Shown here: positions 14,356 through 23,884 of the stretch, in pieces
Layout of the letters: every line of letters starts with the position of its first letter
Position numbering within the stretch: the stretch's first letter is position 1
Made by a program: the position numbers and the translations under genes
Origin: a virus
Direction: 5' to 3' (one strand)
IMG/VR virus record: IMGVR_UViG_3300045988_131721
Coordinates: 72,795-136,794 of that record
DNA: 64,000 nt
The notes under the pieces: model-generated
The model's input: the letters and a program-made list of their open reading frames with translations, nothing else
Database searches by the model: none
What the model was told of the DNA's origin: nothing

Positions 14356-16635
14356 CTAATTAATATTTGAAATTTGCGAATCTGTTAAAACCGAATCATA
14401 TACTTTGATGTATTCATAATCAGAATAACTATTTGTAGCATTGTATAAGTATCTTAATGATGAGGCTCTTCTTGTATAAGTTCCTTCATATTTAGTGTCA
14501 CCTACATTTAAAGTTAATTGTTTCTTAGTAGAATCACATCTCATAACTAAAATTATTTCTCCTGTAGCAACTTTACCTGTTACATTATCACCATTAATTA
14601 TAGCTTGGTAAACTGTGCTTGAAGGCATTATATTACAAGCCATATTATCAGTCCAATTTCCTGTTCCTGCTCCTAAAGTCACAATGTTATCACCAGAAGC
14701 TACTACGCTTGCATTTGTAGGATTAACTAATATTTTAGCCACCACTGTATAACTATTTAAATTTAACGAACCAACATTGCATAAGAAATATTTATCTCCA
14801 TTAAATCTAACTCTACCATTAACTTTTTGCACAGTTCCATTAATTGTAGCTGATTTATCTCCTACTAAATCCACCCATTTATTTGCTCCACTTGTAAAAT
14901 TAGATGCATTTAATTCAAACACAGGATTAGGAACAGTTGTAGTGGTTGTCAATGTAGCACTTGCTGTGATTATTACATTACCAGTAACTTTAGATATGTT
15001 AATTGTATTATTTGCCACTGAAGTAGAAGTTATATTTGTTCCACCCATTGTAACTACTATAGAATTAATAGTATATCCATTATAAGCTGTTAATTTTGCA
15101 CTATATGATTTATTTTTTTCTATACTTGTCATATCATTGTTTGTAATTACATTAGTTAAGTTATTTGAAATAACATATTTATCAGTACTTGGAGTAGTAC
15201 TTCCTCCACTAGAAATTCCTTCTATTTTTATTAATATATCATTTTCTCTAGCGTCTGAAGGGAATTCTGAACCTGTATAAATTCTGATTCCATTTATTTC
15301 AATACAACCTAATGCTAATCTACTATTATTGATTTCTCCATTTCTCTTCATTTCAAATTGAGAATTGTCAACACTGTAATCTATTTTTCCTTCAACTGAA
15401 ACATTTATATCTCCGTTAACATCTAATCTATCTGTTACATTTTTTACCGAATTAACTTCATTTATATCAGCTTTATTAACATACGCTTTATCAAATCTAT
15501 ATTCTTCTGAACCTAAACTAGAACTTATTCCTCTTTCATAAGGTATTAAGCCTTCTTTAGTTGTACGAATAGCTCTAGTTTCATTACCATCTTCAGTAAT
15601 CATACCTTTGTAACCGTCTATCTCTTTAACTAATAAACCTTTTGTTTCATCTATTTTTTCAATGTAATTATTATGTGTATGATTTATATCGGCATATTTT
15701 TTATCGCAATTATTTTTAAAATCTGCTAGAGTAGTTTTAACACTATCTTGTAAATCTTTTATATCTTTTTCACTAGCAAATCCATCAAAATCAATATTAT
15801 TATTGTCCATAATTATTTCAACTAACCATGTACCTATATAACTTAATCTACACTTATAATAACCTCTAGCAAGTCTATAAACATAATCTTTTTCTGCACT
15901 TCTAAATGTTGCATAAATCACTTCTAATGTATTTATGTATAGTATAAATTCATTATGAAAGTCTATACTAGGAAGTTTTATAACTAAATCATTATCTGTA
16001 GTTACACTTTGATATCTATCTAAAGATAAACTTATTTCTCCATTTACAGGAAGTTTATTTACAACCAAATTGTCTAATGAATAATATAAAGCGTCCTCTA
16101 TCTTATTCATTTTTTGTGCTGTTATAGTGTCTTTGTCATACCATGTGGTTTTATTATATCTTTTATTTACATCAAATATATTTATAGGGTCTCCTATAGT
16201 TATATGAGAACTTCCTATACCACCTTGATTTACTCCACTTGAAGTATCCTCTGAATAATCAATTATAGGATTTACATGAAATTGATTATAAATTATAGGT
16301 AAATGGATTTCACTGTTATCTTTACCAAATAATTTTATTTGAAAATTATAATCTCCTATTTCTACAACTTCATCAACTATATCTTCTGTAACTTTTAAAA
16401 TTATTTCGTTAATATCTACTGCTGTTTTGGGAAGAACCACTTTGGTTTTATTAGGTTTTTCTAATGTTATTTGAGAATAACTAGCACCTTCTATACCTTC
16501 GCCATTAGAAAATTTATAAGGAAAACCATCAACAGTAAAATAAAGCACTATATCTTTATCTTTTTTGCTTAAAAATATATCTCTATCTAATGTTGCTTTA
16601 CCACTTTTTATTTTTATATTAAATTTGCCGTACAT
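14356..16635 (-). CDS. tail fibre / baseplate upper protein-like, with Ig-like repeat and C-terminal LamG-like domain
   Basis: The N-terminus is paralogous to 20782..22023 and 42358..43656 (BppU-N-like). Contains the motif TTWYDKDTITAQKMNKIEDAL typical of fibres. An Ig-like 75-aa module is shared with 40424..42343. The C-terminus looks concanavalin/LamG-like. Confidence 0.6.
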   Translation of the reverse strand: MYGKFNIKIKSGKATLDRDIFLSKKDKDIVLYFTVDGFPYKFSNGEGIEGASYSQITLEKPNKTKVVLPKTAVDINEIILKVTEDIVDEVVEIGDYNFQIKLFGKDNSEIHLPIIYNQFHVNPIIDYSEDTSSGVNQGGIGSSHITIGDPINIFDVNKRYNKTTWYDKDTITAQKMNKIEDALYYSLDNLVVNKLPVNGEISLSLDRYQSVTTDNDLVIKLPSIDFHNEFILYINTLEVIYATFRSAEKDYVYRLARGYYKCRLSYIGTWLVEIIMDNNNIDFDGFASEKDIKDLQDSVKTTLADFKNNCDKKYADINHTHNNYIEKIDETKGLLVKEIDGYKGMITEDGNETRAIRTTKEGLIPYERGISSSLGSEEYRFDKAYVNKADINEVNSVKNVTDRLDVNGDINVSVEGKIDYSVDNSQFEMKRNGEINNSRLALGCIEINGIRIYTGSEFPSDARENDILIKIEGISSGGSTTPSTDKYVISNNLTNVITNNDMTSIEKNKSYSAKLTAYNGYTINSIVVTMGGTNITSTSVANNTINISKVTGNVIITASATLTTTTTVPNPVFELNASNFTSGANKWVDLVGDKSATINGTVQKVNGRVRFNGDKYFLCNVGSLNLNSYTVVAKILVNPTNASVVASGDNIVTLGAGTGNWTDNMACNIMPSSTVYQAIINGDNVTGKVATGEIILVMRCDSTKKQLTLNVGDTKYEGTYTRRASSLRYLYNATNSYSDYEYIKVYDSVLTDSQISNIN

Positions 16636-16646
16636 AAAATCACCTC

Positions 16647-17036
16647 CTATTTACCAAAACAAGTTAAAAATACTGTAAAACTACCTTCTAATTTTATATT
16701 TGAATCCAAATGTCTTAATCCTATCTTTACTTTATCTTTTCCAGATGGGATAGCTACAACATTTAAATTGCTATAAATGTATTTAGTAGACTCACAACTA
16801 CAAGCTACTGTAAGTATCACGTTAGGAAACGACTTCTTTAATGTAATTTCTTGTGTTATATTTTCCGAACTACCATCAGCAGTTAATGAAATAGTCATAC
16901 ATTCTACTATCATTCCATTTATGTTATTGTAAATATAATCGTCACCTAATGTAACCGAACTTGAATTATCTCCAACTGTAGTTGTTCCTAATGATTGGAA
17001 TGCACCATCAATTTTGCCTAATATTGATAAATTCAT
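16647..17036 (-). CDS. hypothetical tail-module protein
   Basis: 129-aa ORF with an AGGAGGTGG SD. Confidence 0.55.
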   Translation of the reverse strand: MNLSILGKIDGAFQSLGTTTVGDNSSSVTLGDDYIYNNINGMIVECMTISLTADGSSENITQEITLKKSFPNVILTVACSCESTKYIYSNLNVVAIPSGKDKVKIGLRHLDSNIKLEGSFTVFLTCFGK

Positions 17037-17047
17037 TAAACCACCTC

Positions 17048-18817
17048 CTAAAATCCATTTTTGTGATTAGCTCTTACATATGTTGGATAATCGAAATAGC
17101 AAGTATCAAAATCTACGTCTACTCCACCGTAACCACTTAATTTCTTATATCCACCTTGCCATAATTTAACATCAGTTCTAGTCCAAGTACAAGCTGAACT
17201 CCATTGAGCCACCCATATGTGGTCAGTATATTTTACATTATTCCAATTTACATAATTTGTTGCCCATGAGTTATTAGTATAAATTCCTGCCATATATCCT
17301 GCATCATTTATTATTTGACAAAAAGCGTTCATACAATTTGTCAATACGGTTTTGCCAGGATTCCCTAATTTATCAACTAAGTCATTTTCTTGGTCAAAGA
17401 ATATTGGGAATTCAAATGTTTGAGAATACTTATTTAATTGTTGAACCACCCAATTTGCTTCTATTTTAACCTTTTCAACTGTATTTGCATATGAGAAAAA
17501 ATACACACCTACAGGTATTTTGTTTTCAACACATCCTTTTAAATATTCTTCAAATTTAGGGTCTATTATAGGTTGTCCACCTTTTCTGCTACCATAACCT
17601 ATTCTAAGTATTGCAAAGTTAGTTTCGCCATAAGTTTTAATTTTAGCGAAGTCAAGATTTCCTTGATATTTAGATATATCTACACCCATACAAGGCACTG
17701 TAAATCCTGTATTGCCACCTACTTCTCCCGTTCCTCCTGCATCAACTGTTATAGTGGATATAGTTACATATGAGGGATTAGCATTTATATACCCTATACT
17801 ATTATTGTAACTTACTTTAACCCATGAAGTATTTGTATAGGTTTCAAGTATTGGTAATGTATATCCATTAGGTATAGCTCCTAATACTGGATATTTTACA
17901 CCCATACCACTTCTAACGTTTAAAGCATTACAAATTACTTTTGCAACTTTAGTAGTAGAAGATAATAATAATCCCACATACGCTTTACCTGTATTTTCTC
18001 CTATTGCAGTAGCAGTAGGTTGGTCTTTACAGTTTATAGCGAATACGGGAAGACTGTGTGAAGAACTTAATCCTAAAGCATCCTTACTTATTGTTCCTGT
18101 TATTTGGAATACCTTACCATCTATATCTTTTCCAGTGTCTGCAAATTTAACATATTGTCCAACATATCTTTGGTCGGTAGTTAAACATACATTTTTATCT
18201 GGATATTTATCACTTGTAAATTCTGAATCTATATAATAACCCATTATAGTTGAGTCTAAAGTTAAATTAGATACCCATACAGTTTTATCTTCAGCAGGTG
18301 GTTTTATAGGTGTTGGATTACTCGGAACATCTTTACCGTCGTCGTCATCGTCTTTAGGTTCTTCATAAATTCTTATCCATAATTTATATTTTGGGTCATT
18401 AGGAATATCACTACCAATATATATTTCTTCTTCTGTAAAATGTTCAAACATATATTTAAATATATCATTAAGAGAATCGAATTTAGTTCCTTCAATTAAA
18501 CCTTCTTTATAACTGCATAATTCTTTTCTCATAGTTTCAATTAATTCATCTTTAGTCATATCGTTATTATCTAATAAAGCTCCTATGCCTTTTACTTCAT
18601 ACGCAACTTTAATTTCCGTATCTAACTCTTCAAAAGAAGAAATTATCAAACATTCTCTTTCTTCGTCATATTCTGGTTTTACTCCGTTTATTTTTTTAAA
18701 CCCATATCTTTTCATTAAATCTTCATTTGTATTAAAATTAGTAATTAATATCCCATCCGAAGTTTTGTAATTTATCGGAGCAAATATTAATTTTCCGTTA
18801 ATAATTTTACCGTACAT
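17048..18817 (-). CDS. tail-module GH25 muramidase with SH3-like domain
   Basis: The C-terminal GVDISKYQGNLDFAKIK...FAILRIGYG...VGVYFFSYA pattern matches glycoside hydrolase family 25. The central ALNVRSG......G.......W.KV is SH3-like. Confidence 0.8.
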   Translation of the reverse strand: MYGKIINGKLIFAPINYKTSDGILITNFNTNEDLMKRYGFKKINGVKPEYDEERECLIISSFEELDTEIKVAYEVKGIGALLDNNDMTKDELIETMRKELCSYKEGLIEGTKFDSLNDIFKYMFEHFTEEEIYIGSDIPNDPKYKLWIRIYEEPKDDDDDGKDVPSNPTPIKPPAEDKTVWVSNLTLDSTIMGYYIDSEFTSDKYPDKNVCLTTDQRYVGQYVKFADTGKDIDGKVFQITGTISKDALGLSSSHSLPVFAINCKDQPTATAIGENTGKAYVGLLLSSTTKVAKVICNALNVRSGMGVKYPVLGAIPNGYTLPILETYTNTSWVKVSYNNSIGYINANPSYVTISTITVDAGGTGEVGGNTGFTVPCMGVDISKYQGNLDFAKIKTYGETNFAILRIGYGSRKGGQPIIDPKFEEYLKGCVENKIPVGVYFFSYANTVEKVKIEANWVVQQLNKYSQTFEFPIFFDQENDLVDKLGNPGKTVLTNCMNAFCQIINDAGYMAGIYTNNSWATNYVNWNNVKYTDHIWVAQWSSACTWTRTDVKLWQGGYKKLSGYGGVDVDFDTCYFDYPTYVRANHKNGF

Positions 18818-18842
18818 ATTATACCTCCTTTATTAACTTTTA

Positions 18843-18878
18843 GCAAAAATAAAAGAAGAGGAAAATAATCCTCTTCTT
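18843..18878 (-). terminator. intrinsic terminator upstream of the GH25 gene
   Basis: Leftward sense AAGAAGAGGA-TTATTT-TCCTCTTCTT followed by TTATTTTT. Confidence 0.65.
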
Positions 18879-18960
18879 AAAATAGAAATAATTAAATTTT
18901 TGAATAACAACATGGTTGTTTTTATAGACATTAATATTATGTGTTTTTTATTTAATTTAG

Positions 18961-18986
18961 ATACACAATATTTTTAAATTGTGTAT
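18961..18986. repeat. post-stop palindromic site ATACACAAT-ATTTTTAA-ATTGTGTAT
   Basis: 9-bp perfect arms. Abuts the stop codon of 18986..20767. Confidence 0.8.
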
Positions 18987-20767
18987 TACAAATTCTCTAA
19001 AAATTTCAAAATTTTCGGAGCTATTAGTTCTTGATGTGCTAAAGAGTTTGGATGAGTTTGGTCGTGAAAATATTTATCGGTGAAAGTTTTATTCCACACA
19101 AAAAGTCCACTTTCTCCATTTAAATCATAAACTTTTATAGAAAATCTCTTACCTATTTTTATCATTTCATCTGCAATTTTTCTAATATTATTATCATAAT
19201 CATATCTATAAGTAGTGTTTGTTGGAGTTATAAGTGCTATCTTTGCGAATGGAAACTTTTTAGTTAGTTGTTCACAACAATAATGAATTGCCCCACAGAC
19301 AGTATCTTTTGTAGTGTCACCACATTGACCTATACTAAAACTTCCACTATCATTTATACCTGCTAAAATTGTAATATAATCATATCCTTCATTTCCTGTC
19401 AAAGTGTCTATTCTATCACATATATTTTCACTTGCATTGTAAGTTTTTATAAATCCAGTACCAGCTTTTGCTTTATCAATAACGATTATCCCAGTTTCAT
19501 CAGCAATATAACTATGATACTTCCTTACACCCTCGCTCGAACTATCGCTTGTACTATCTCCTATTACGCACCACTTTTTGCCCTTTAATTTATTATCTAC
19601 TCTTTTTAATTGTTCGGAAATATTTTTAGCATACTTTTCAGTTGAAAAATTTATACTTCCTTCTAAAGAATAAGAAACATATGATGTCGGTAATGTTCTA
19701 CTCATTATCATATAAGTATCTTTTAAATTCATGTTTAAAGACATTCTTAAAAATTTTGCTCTAGAAGGAGCAACCGCATTAGTAGTCCCGTATTCCTTTA
19801 ATGAAATATATTCTTTATTAGCATCGTACCATGCACCATTCCAATTATTTGTAAAGTAATAAGTTTTTCCACTCTCTACAGGAATGAAATCACTTATACA
19901 ACCAACATCACTAGCTACAGGAGCACCATTAGTTTCAATTATATAATTATCGGTTGTTTTAGTTTTATCAAATAAGTTGTTATCATCTTCAATTTTCAGA
20001 AATGTTGTTTTATTCGGTGTAATATTATTATTTATAGTGTCTTTAATTTTTTCACTAAATTTAGTTGTAAACTCAATACTATATTCGCCAAAACCAACAT
20101 AATTTTGTGGTAATACATTCCCTTCAACAAGCATTACTGTATCTATATTAAGCATATTAATATTTTGTCTATAAAATTTTGCATTTGCAGGTGATGTAAA
20201 AGTTGATTCACCGTAAGGTTTATCTGATATATAAGTCTTTCCACTATCGAACCAAGCTCCACTCCAATTGCTAGAATAAGTATAAATTGTATTGCCTTTT
20301 ACTGGTATATAGTCGCTAATACAACCATTTGTATTTTCAACTAATTTATTTTTTTCTAAAATATAACCTTGATTTGAAATAGAATTTTTATTAAAAAGAT
20401 TCATAATTGATTTTTTAATAAATGTTAAATTGTTATAATCAACACAATCATTCATTAGTTTATCTTTTGAGATTGTATTATCTCCAACTATGGCATTTAT
20501 GGACGCATTACCGGCGATTTGTTGTAAAAATTCATCTGTCATATAAGTTTGGTCAAATTTGCCTAAATTCTTGTTAATTTGATATATTGAAATATCAGTT
20601 GTATTTTTATCAAGCTTTTCATTCGCAATATCTTTACATTGTGAATTTACCCCATCTAAATTTTCTCTTAATGTTTTACCATCTTCACATAATACATTAT
20701 CATCAGTACTCCAAAACGAAACAATATTTCCATTCTCATCACTATATTTATTCTTCATATACTTCAT
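18986..20767 (-). CDS. tail fibre with tandem carbohydrate-binding-like repeats and C-terminal SGNH/GDSL esterase
   Basis: Block I CVIGDSTSD and the DQTHPN catalytic D..H are present. There are two roughly 105-aa tandem repeats (NLF.K...GCISD(Y/F)IPV..G..Y......W.GAW(F/Y)D). The N-terminal NSQCKDIAN anchor motif is shared with other fibre genes. Confidence 0.75.
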   Translation of the reverse strand: MKYMKNKYSDENGNIVSFWSTDDNVLCEDGKTLRENLDGVNSQCKDIANEKLDKNTTDISIYQINKNLGKFDQTYMTDEFLQQIAGNASINAIVGDNTISKDKLMNDCVDYNNLTFIKKSIMNLFNKNSISNQGYILEKNKLVENTNGCISDYIPVKGNTIYTYSSNWSGAWFDSGKTYISDKPYGESTFTSPANAKFYRQNINMLNIDTVMLVEGNVLPQNYVGFGEYSIEFTTKFSEKIKDTINNNITPNKTTFLKIEDDNNLFDKTKTTDNYIIETNGAPVASDVGCISDFIPVESGKTYYFTNNWNGAWYDANKEYISLKEYGTTNAVAPSRAKFLRMSLNMNLKDTYMIMSRTLPTSYVSYSLEGSINFSTEKYAKNISEQLKRVDNKLKGKKWCVIGDSTSDSSSEGVRKYHSYIADETGIIVIDKAKAGTGFIKTYNASENICDRIDTLTGNEGYDYITILAGINDSGSFSIGQCGDTTKDTVCGAIHYCCEQLTKKFPFAKIALITPTNTTYRYDYDNNIRKIADEMIKIGKRFSIKVYDLNGESGLFVWNKTFTDKYFHDQTHPNSLAHQELIAPKILKFLENL

Positions 20768-20781
20768 TACTTCATACCTCC

Positions 20782-22023
20782 CTAATTTATATAACCCTCT
20801 TCAGAAGAAATTTTATTAAAAGGAATTTTTGTGATAGTTCCCGTTGTTCCTCCCGATGTGTCACCTTTAATCACAGGCACATTTTCATCATGTATTAAAG
20901 TATCTCCATACCAAACTTCATTTAAATAACTTAATTTTATTTGACATAATACATCTTTTTTTAATATTGGTTGAGTTCTCCATGCTATACTTGGAAATAT
21001 TAGAATTAAATTATCCACTGTCGGTCTAATAAATAAATTTAATTCCACAAATTCATCCATTTCTGGTAACACAATAGTTGATAATGTTTCTGTTTTTAAA
21101 TATTGATATTTATCACCTGTTAAATTTAATTTATCTTCATCATCGGTAATAACTACATTTAAATAATCTACTATTTGTTCTTTTTTATTTTTTATTTTAT
21201 TGAATTTATATAATTTGAAATAATCTTCATTAAAACAACATAAACCATATGTATAAGTATCTGTATTACTTGTTATATATGTATAATTTCTATTACCATC
21301 TAAATATATTATTTCAGTACTAGAATTAAAATCTTTTGCCCAACCCTTTAATATATAAGAACCTTTACTTAATTCTGATATTATTATAGGTGTATCTTCT
21401 GTACCCTTTTTAATTGTATAGCCTTTACTTTCTTCTAATTCTATTAATTTTGTTTTATGTTGTAATATTTCATCTCTGATTTCGCTAGTTGCTTGTTCTA
21501 ATTTATTCAATTTAGAATCGGTAATTACATCTCCAGATATCCAAATAGTTCTATTATAAGACCCATCGTCATTGAAAGTTTTTAATTCTTTTCCATATTT
21601 AGCAACTTTTGTGTTATCTATTGCTGTTCCGTCAACTGTTCCATAAGATAAATCGTCGTCATCCACTTCACATTCTTCAACCGACATTATAAAATAAGGT
21701 AGCTTTATTCTTCCACCTTTATCATCATAAATTCTAATATGAACATGATAATTTCCTATTTCGTCAATTTGATTCATTATTTCATTATTGATTGTAAATA
21801 ATATTTTATTATCTATAATAGGTACTATATCTGATTTTATTTGTTTTTTTAGAGGGCTAACTAATACTATATCAGATAACAAATAATTAGAACTTAAATC
21901 TAAATAATCAGTATCCATTAATTTAAAATATATGTCTACGCCTTTATCGTGTTGAAATATTGACAACTGACGATTTAAAATACTCTTTTGTTTATTGATA
22001 ATTATTGAATATTCTTTTTTCAA
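20782..22023 (-). CDS. baseplate upper protein (BppU-N-like) / fibre adaptor
   Basis: TTG start after AAAGGAGG. The N-terminus is paralogous to 14356..16635. Contains the motif TIWISGDVITDSKLNKLEQAT. Confidence 0.5.
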   Translation of the reverse strand: MKKEYSIIINKQKSILNRQLSIFQHDKGVDIYFKLMDTDYLDLSSNYLLSDIVLVSPLKKQIKSDIVPIIDNKILFTINNEIMNQIDEIGNYHVHIRIYDDKGGRIKLPYFIMSVEECEVDDDDLSYGTVDGTAIDNTKVAKYGKELKTFNDDGSYNRTIWISGDVITDSKLNKLEQATSEIRDEILQHKTKLIELEESKGYTIKKGTEDTPIIISELSKGSYILKGWAKDFNSSTEIIYLDGNRNYTYITSNTDTYTYGLCCFNEDYFKLYKFNKIKNKKEQIVDYLNVVITDDEDKLNLTGDKYQYLKTETLSTIVLPEMDEFVELNLFIRPTVDNLILIFPSIAWRTQPILKKDVLCQIKLSYLNEVWYGDTLIHDENVPVIKGDTSGGTTGTITKIPFNKISSEEGYIN

Positions 22024-22046
22024 AATTTTATACCTCCTTTTAATTA

Positions 22047-22292
22047 TTAAATATCTACTTCTAAATCATATTTAATCCAATTTATAAAATTTGATACATC
22101 CTCAATACCATATCCTTGTTCTAATGAATTTTCAGATAAAAATTCTTCCCTAATTAATCTACTTAGAAATAATCTAAATTCATCCTCTGATAAATTTAAT
22201 AAATATTTTTTAATATCTTCTTTTGAATGATTTATTCCACTATCTGTTGCTCCAGTATCATAAGCAAATTTTTCTAATATTTTATCTTTCAT
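22047..22292 (-). CDS. small acidic hypothetical protein
   Basis: 81-aa ORF with a good SD. Confidence 0.55.
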   Translation of the reverse strand: MKDKILEKFAYDTGATDSGINHSKEDIKKYLLNLSEDEFRLFLSRLIREEFLSENSLEQGYGIEDVSNFINWIKYDLEVDI

Positions 22293-22307
22293 AATATAAT
22301 CTCCTTC

Positions 22308-23834
22308 CTAAACATTTGTATTATTTTCAAGAGCATCTAATCTTGATTCTATGTTAGATAATCTTGAATTTATATTTCCTATTTTAGAATTTAAATCATT
22401 AACTTGATTTTGAACTTCTAAGATTTTATCATTTAATCTTTTTTCAATTTGTTGTAAATTAACTTCACTTGTTGCTGAATTAATTAAATTTATACAGTTT
22501 AACATTTGTGAATTTAATTTATTTCTAGCTTCCCTATATAATGCTAATCTTATATTGAATTCTTTTCTCTCGTCTTTATTAAAAATTAAATCTTTCATAT
22601 CTACTCGTATTGAATTAATGAAATTTGTATGTTTTGCTTTAAAATCATCAAAATATTCTTTTAATAGTTGTTTATTATTATCTCCTAATTTTTCATTATT
22701 ATAGTAAGATTGATAACTAGCTTCTATTTTAGAAACATAATTAACCATTCCATTTGCTAAAGCGTCCAATGAATTATATTGTGCTACCGTTAATTTCCCA
22801 TCCGTATTCAACAATGACTTAGTTATAGGCAACATATCATTTGAGTACTTTTGATTTGCATCAAAGTATCCTTGAATAGTTTGTTGTTCTTTAGCAAATG
22901 AATTAATTAGTGAAGCTTGTAATTCATTCATATTGTTAGATAAATCGTCTATTCTAGTATTTGTATTATAAACTTCATCTGATATAGTACTTGAAGCTCC
23001 TAATGTTTTTTCGCCTTCTGTAGAAATGGATAGAGTTGTACTACATGAATCTTTAAAAGAAGATAATGTTATCAATATCGTAGTTATATTAGATGTTATA
23101 GACGAAATATCTACTAATGTTATATTTTCTCTATCATCTTCTGTGACGATTTTAATTTCTACAATTAAATCAGCCAGCATTTTTTGCAAAGATAGTTGAT
23201 ATTCTAAAAAAGATGTTGTGTCTACATCATTAGAATTTTCTGCCATCATATCAATTAAAGCATCACTATATCCAAGCATTTCTTCAAATTTATTATTGAT
23301 TATGTCAAGTCTATAATTAACATCTGCTTTTTCTGCTGAATTAAATGTCTCATCGGAAAGTCTATCGGTTAATGTGGTCTTTAAATCTATCATTAAAGAA
23401 TTGGAATTTATTATTGCTGTATTTAATAATTCTTTAATTTGTTCAAATGATAAGTTTTCTTGATATTCTTTTGATAAATTCTCAATATTATCTTGAGTGA
23501 TTTCAAGTTGTTTTTTATAAAATTTATTGTTCTCGTTCACTCCCTTTAATTTTTCTGATATTGATTTTTTGTCATATCCATCAAATAGCATATCTAATAA
23601 ATCTGTTGTAGTTGTTACTCCTATGCCATCTATATTTTTAATAATAAATATTAAATTTTCCTCTTCATCTAATTTATTATTTGAGCTTACTAAATCAGAA
23701 GTTTCTATCTTCCAATAAATATATTTATTACTGGTGTATAGATTATTTATTGGATATAATTTTTCTGAATATTTAATAACTAAATCTTTAATGTAAATAT
23801 ATTTTTGTGTGGGGCTATTATTTTCAATCGCCAT
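22308..23834 (-). CDS. coiled-coil tail/baseplate structural protein
   Basis: 508 aa with long heptad-like regions, directly downstream of Tal. Confidence 0.5.
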   Translation of the reverse strand: MAIENNSPTQKYIYIKDLVIKYSEKLYPINNLYTSNKYIYWKIETSDLVSSNNKLDEEENLIFIIKNIDGIGVTTTTDLLDMLFDGYDKKSISEKLKGVNENNKFYKKQLEITQDNIENLSKEYQENLSFEQIKELLNTAIINSNSLMIDLKTTLTDRLSDETFNSAEKADVNYRLDIINNKFEEMLGYSDALIDMMAENSNDVDTTSFLEYQLSLQKMLADLIVEIKIVTEDDRENITLVDISSITSNITTILITLSSFKDSCSTTLSISTEGEKTLGASSTISDEVYNTNTRIDDLSNNMNELQASLINSFAKEQQTIQGYFDANQKYSNDMLPITKSLLNTDGKLTVAQYNSLDALANGMVNYVSKIEASYQSYYNNEKLGDNNKQLLKEYFDDFKAKHTNFINSIRVDMKDLIFNKDERKEFNIRLALYREARNKLNSQMLNCINLINSATSEVNLQQIEKRLNDKILEVQNQVNDLNSKIGNINSRLSNIESRLDALENNTNV

Positions 23835-23884
23835 TTTTTCACCTTCTTTTAAAGAGGGATGTTATACCCTCTTTATTGATTATT

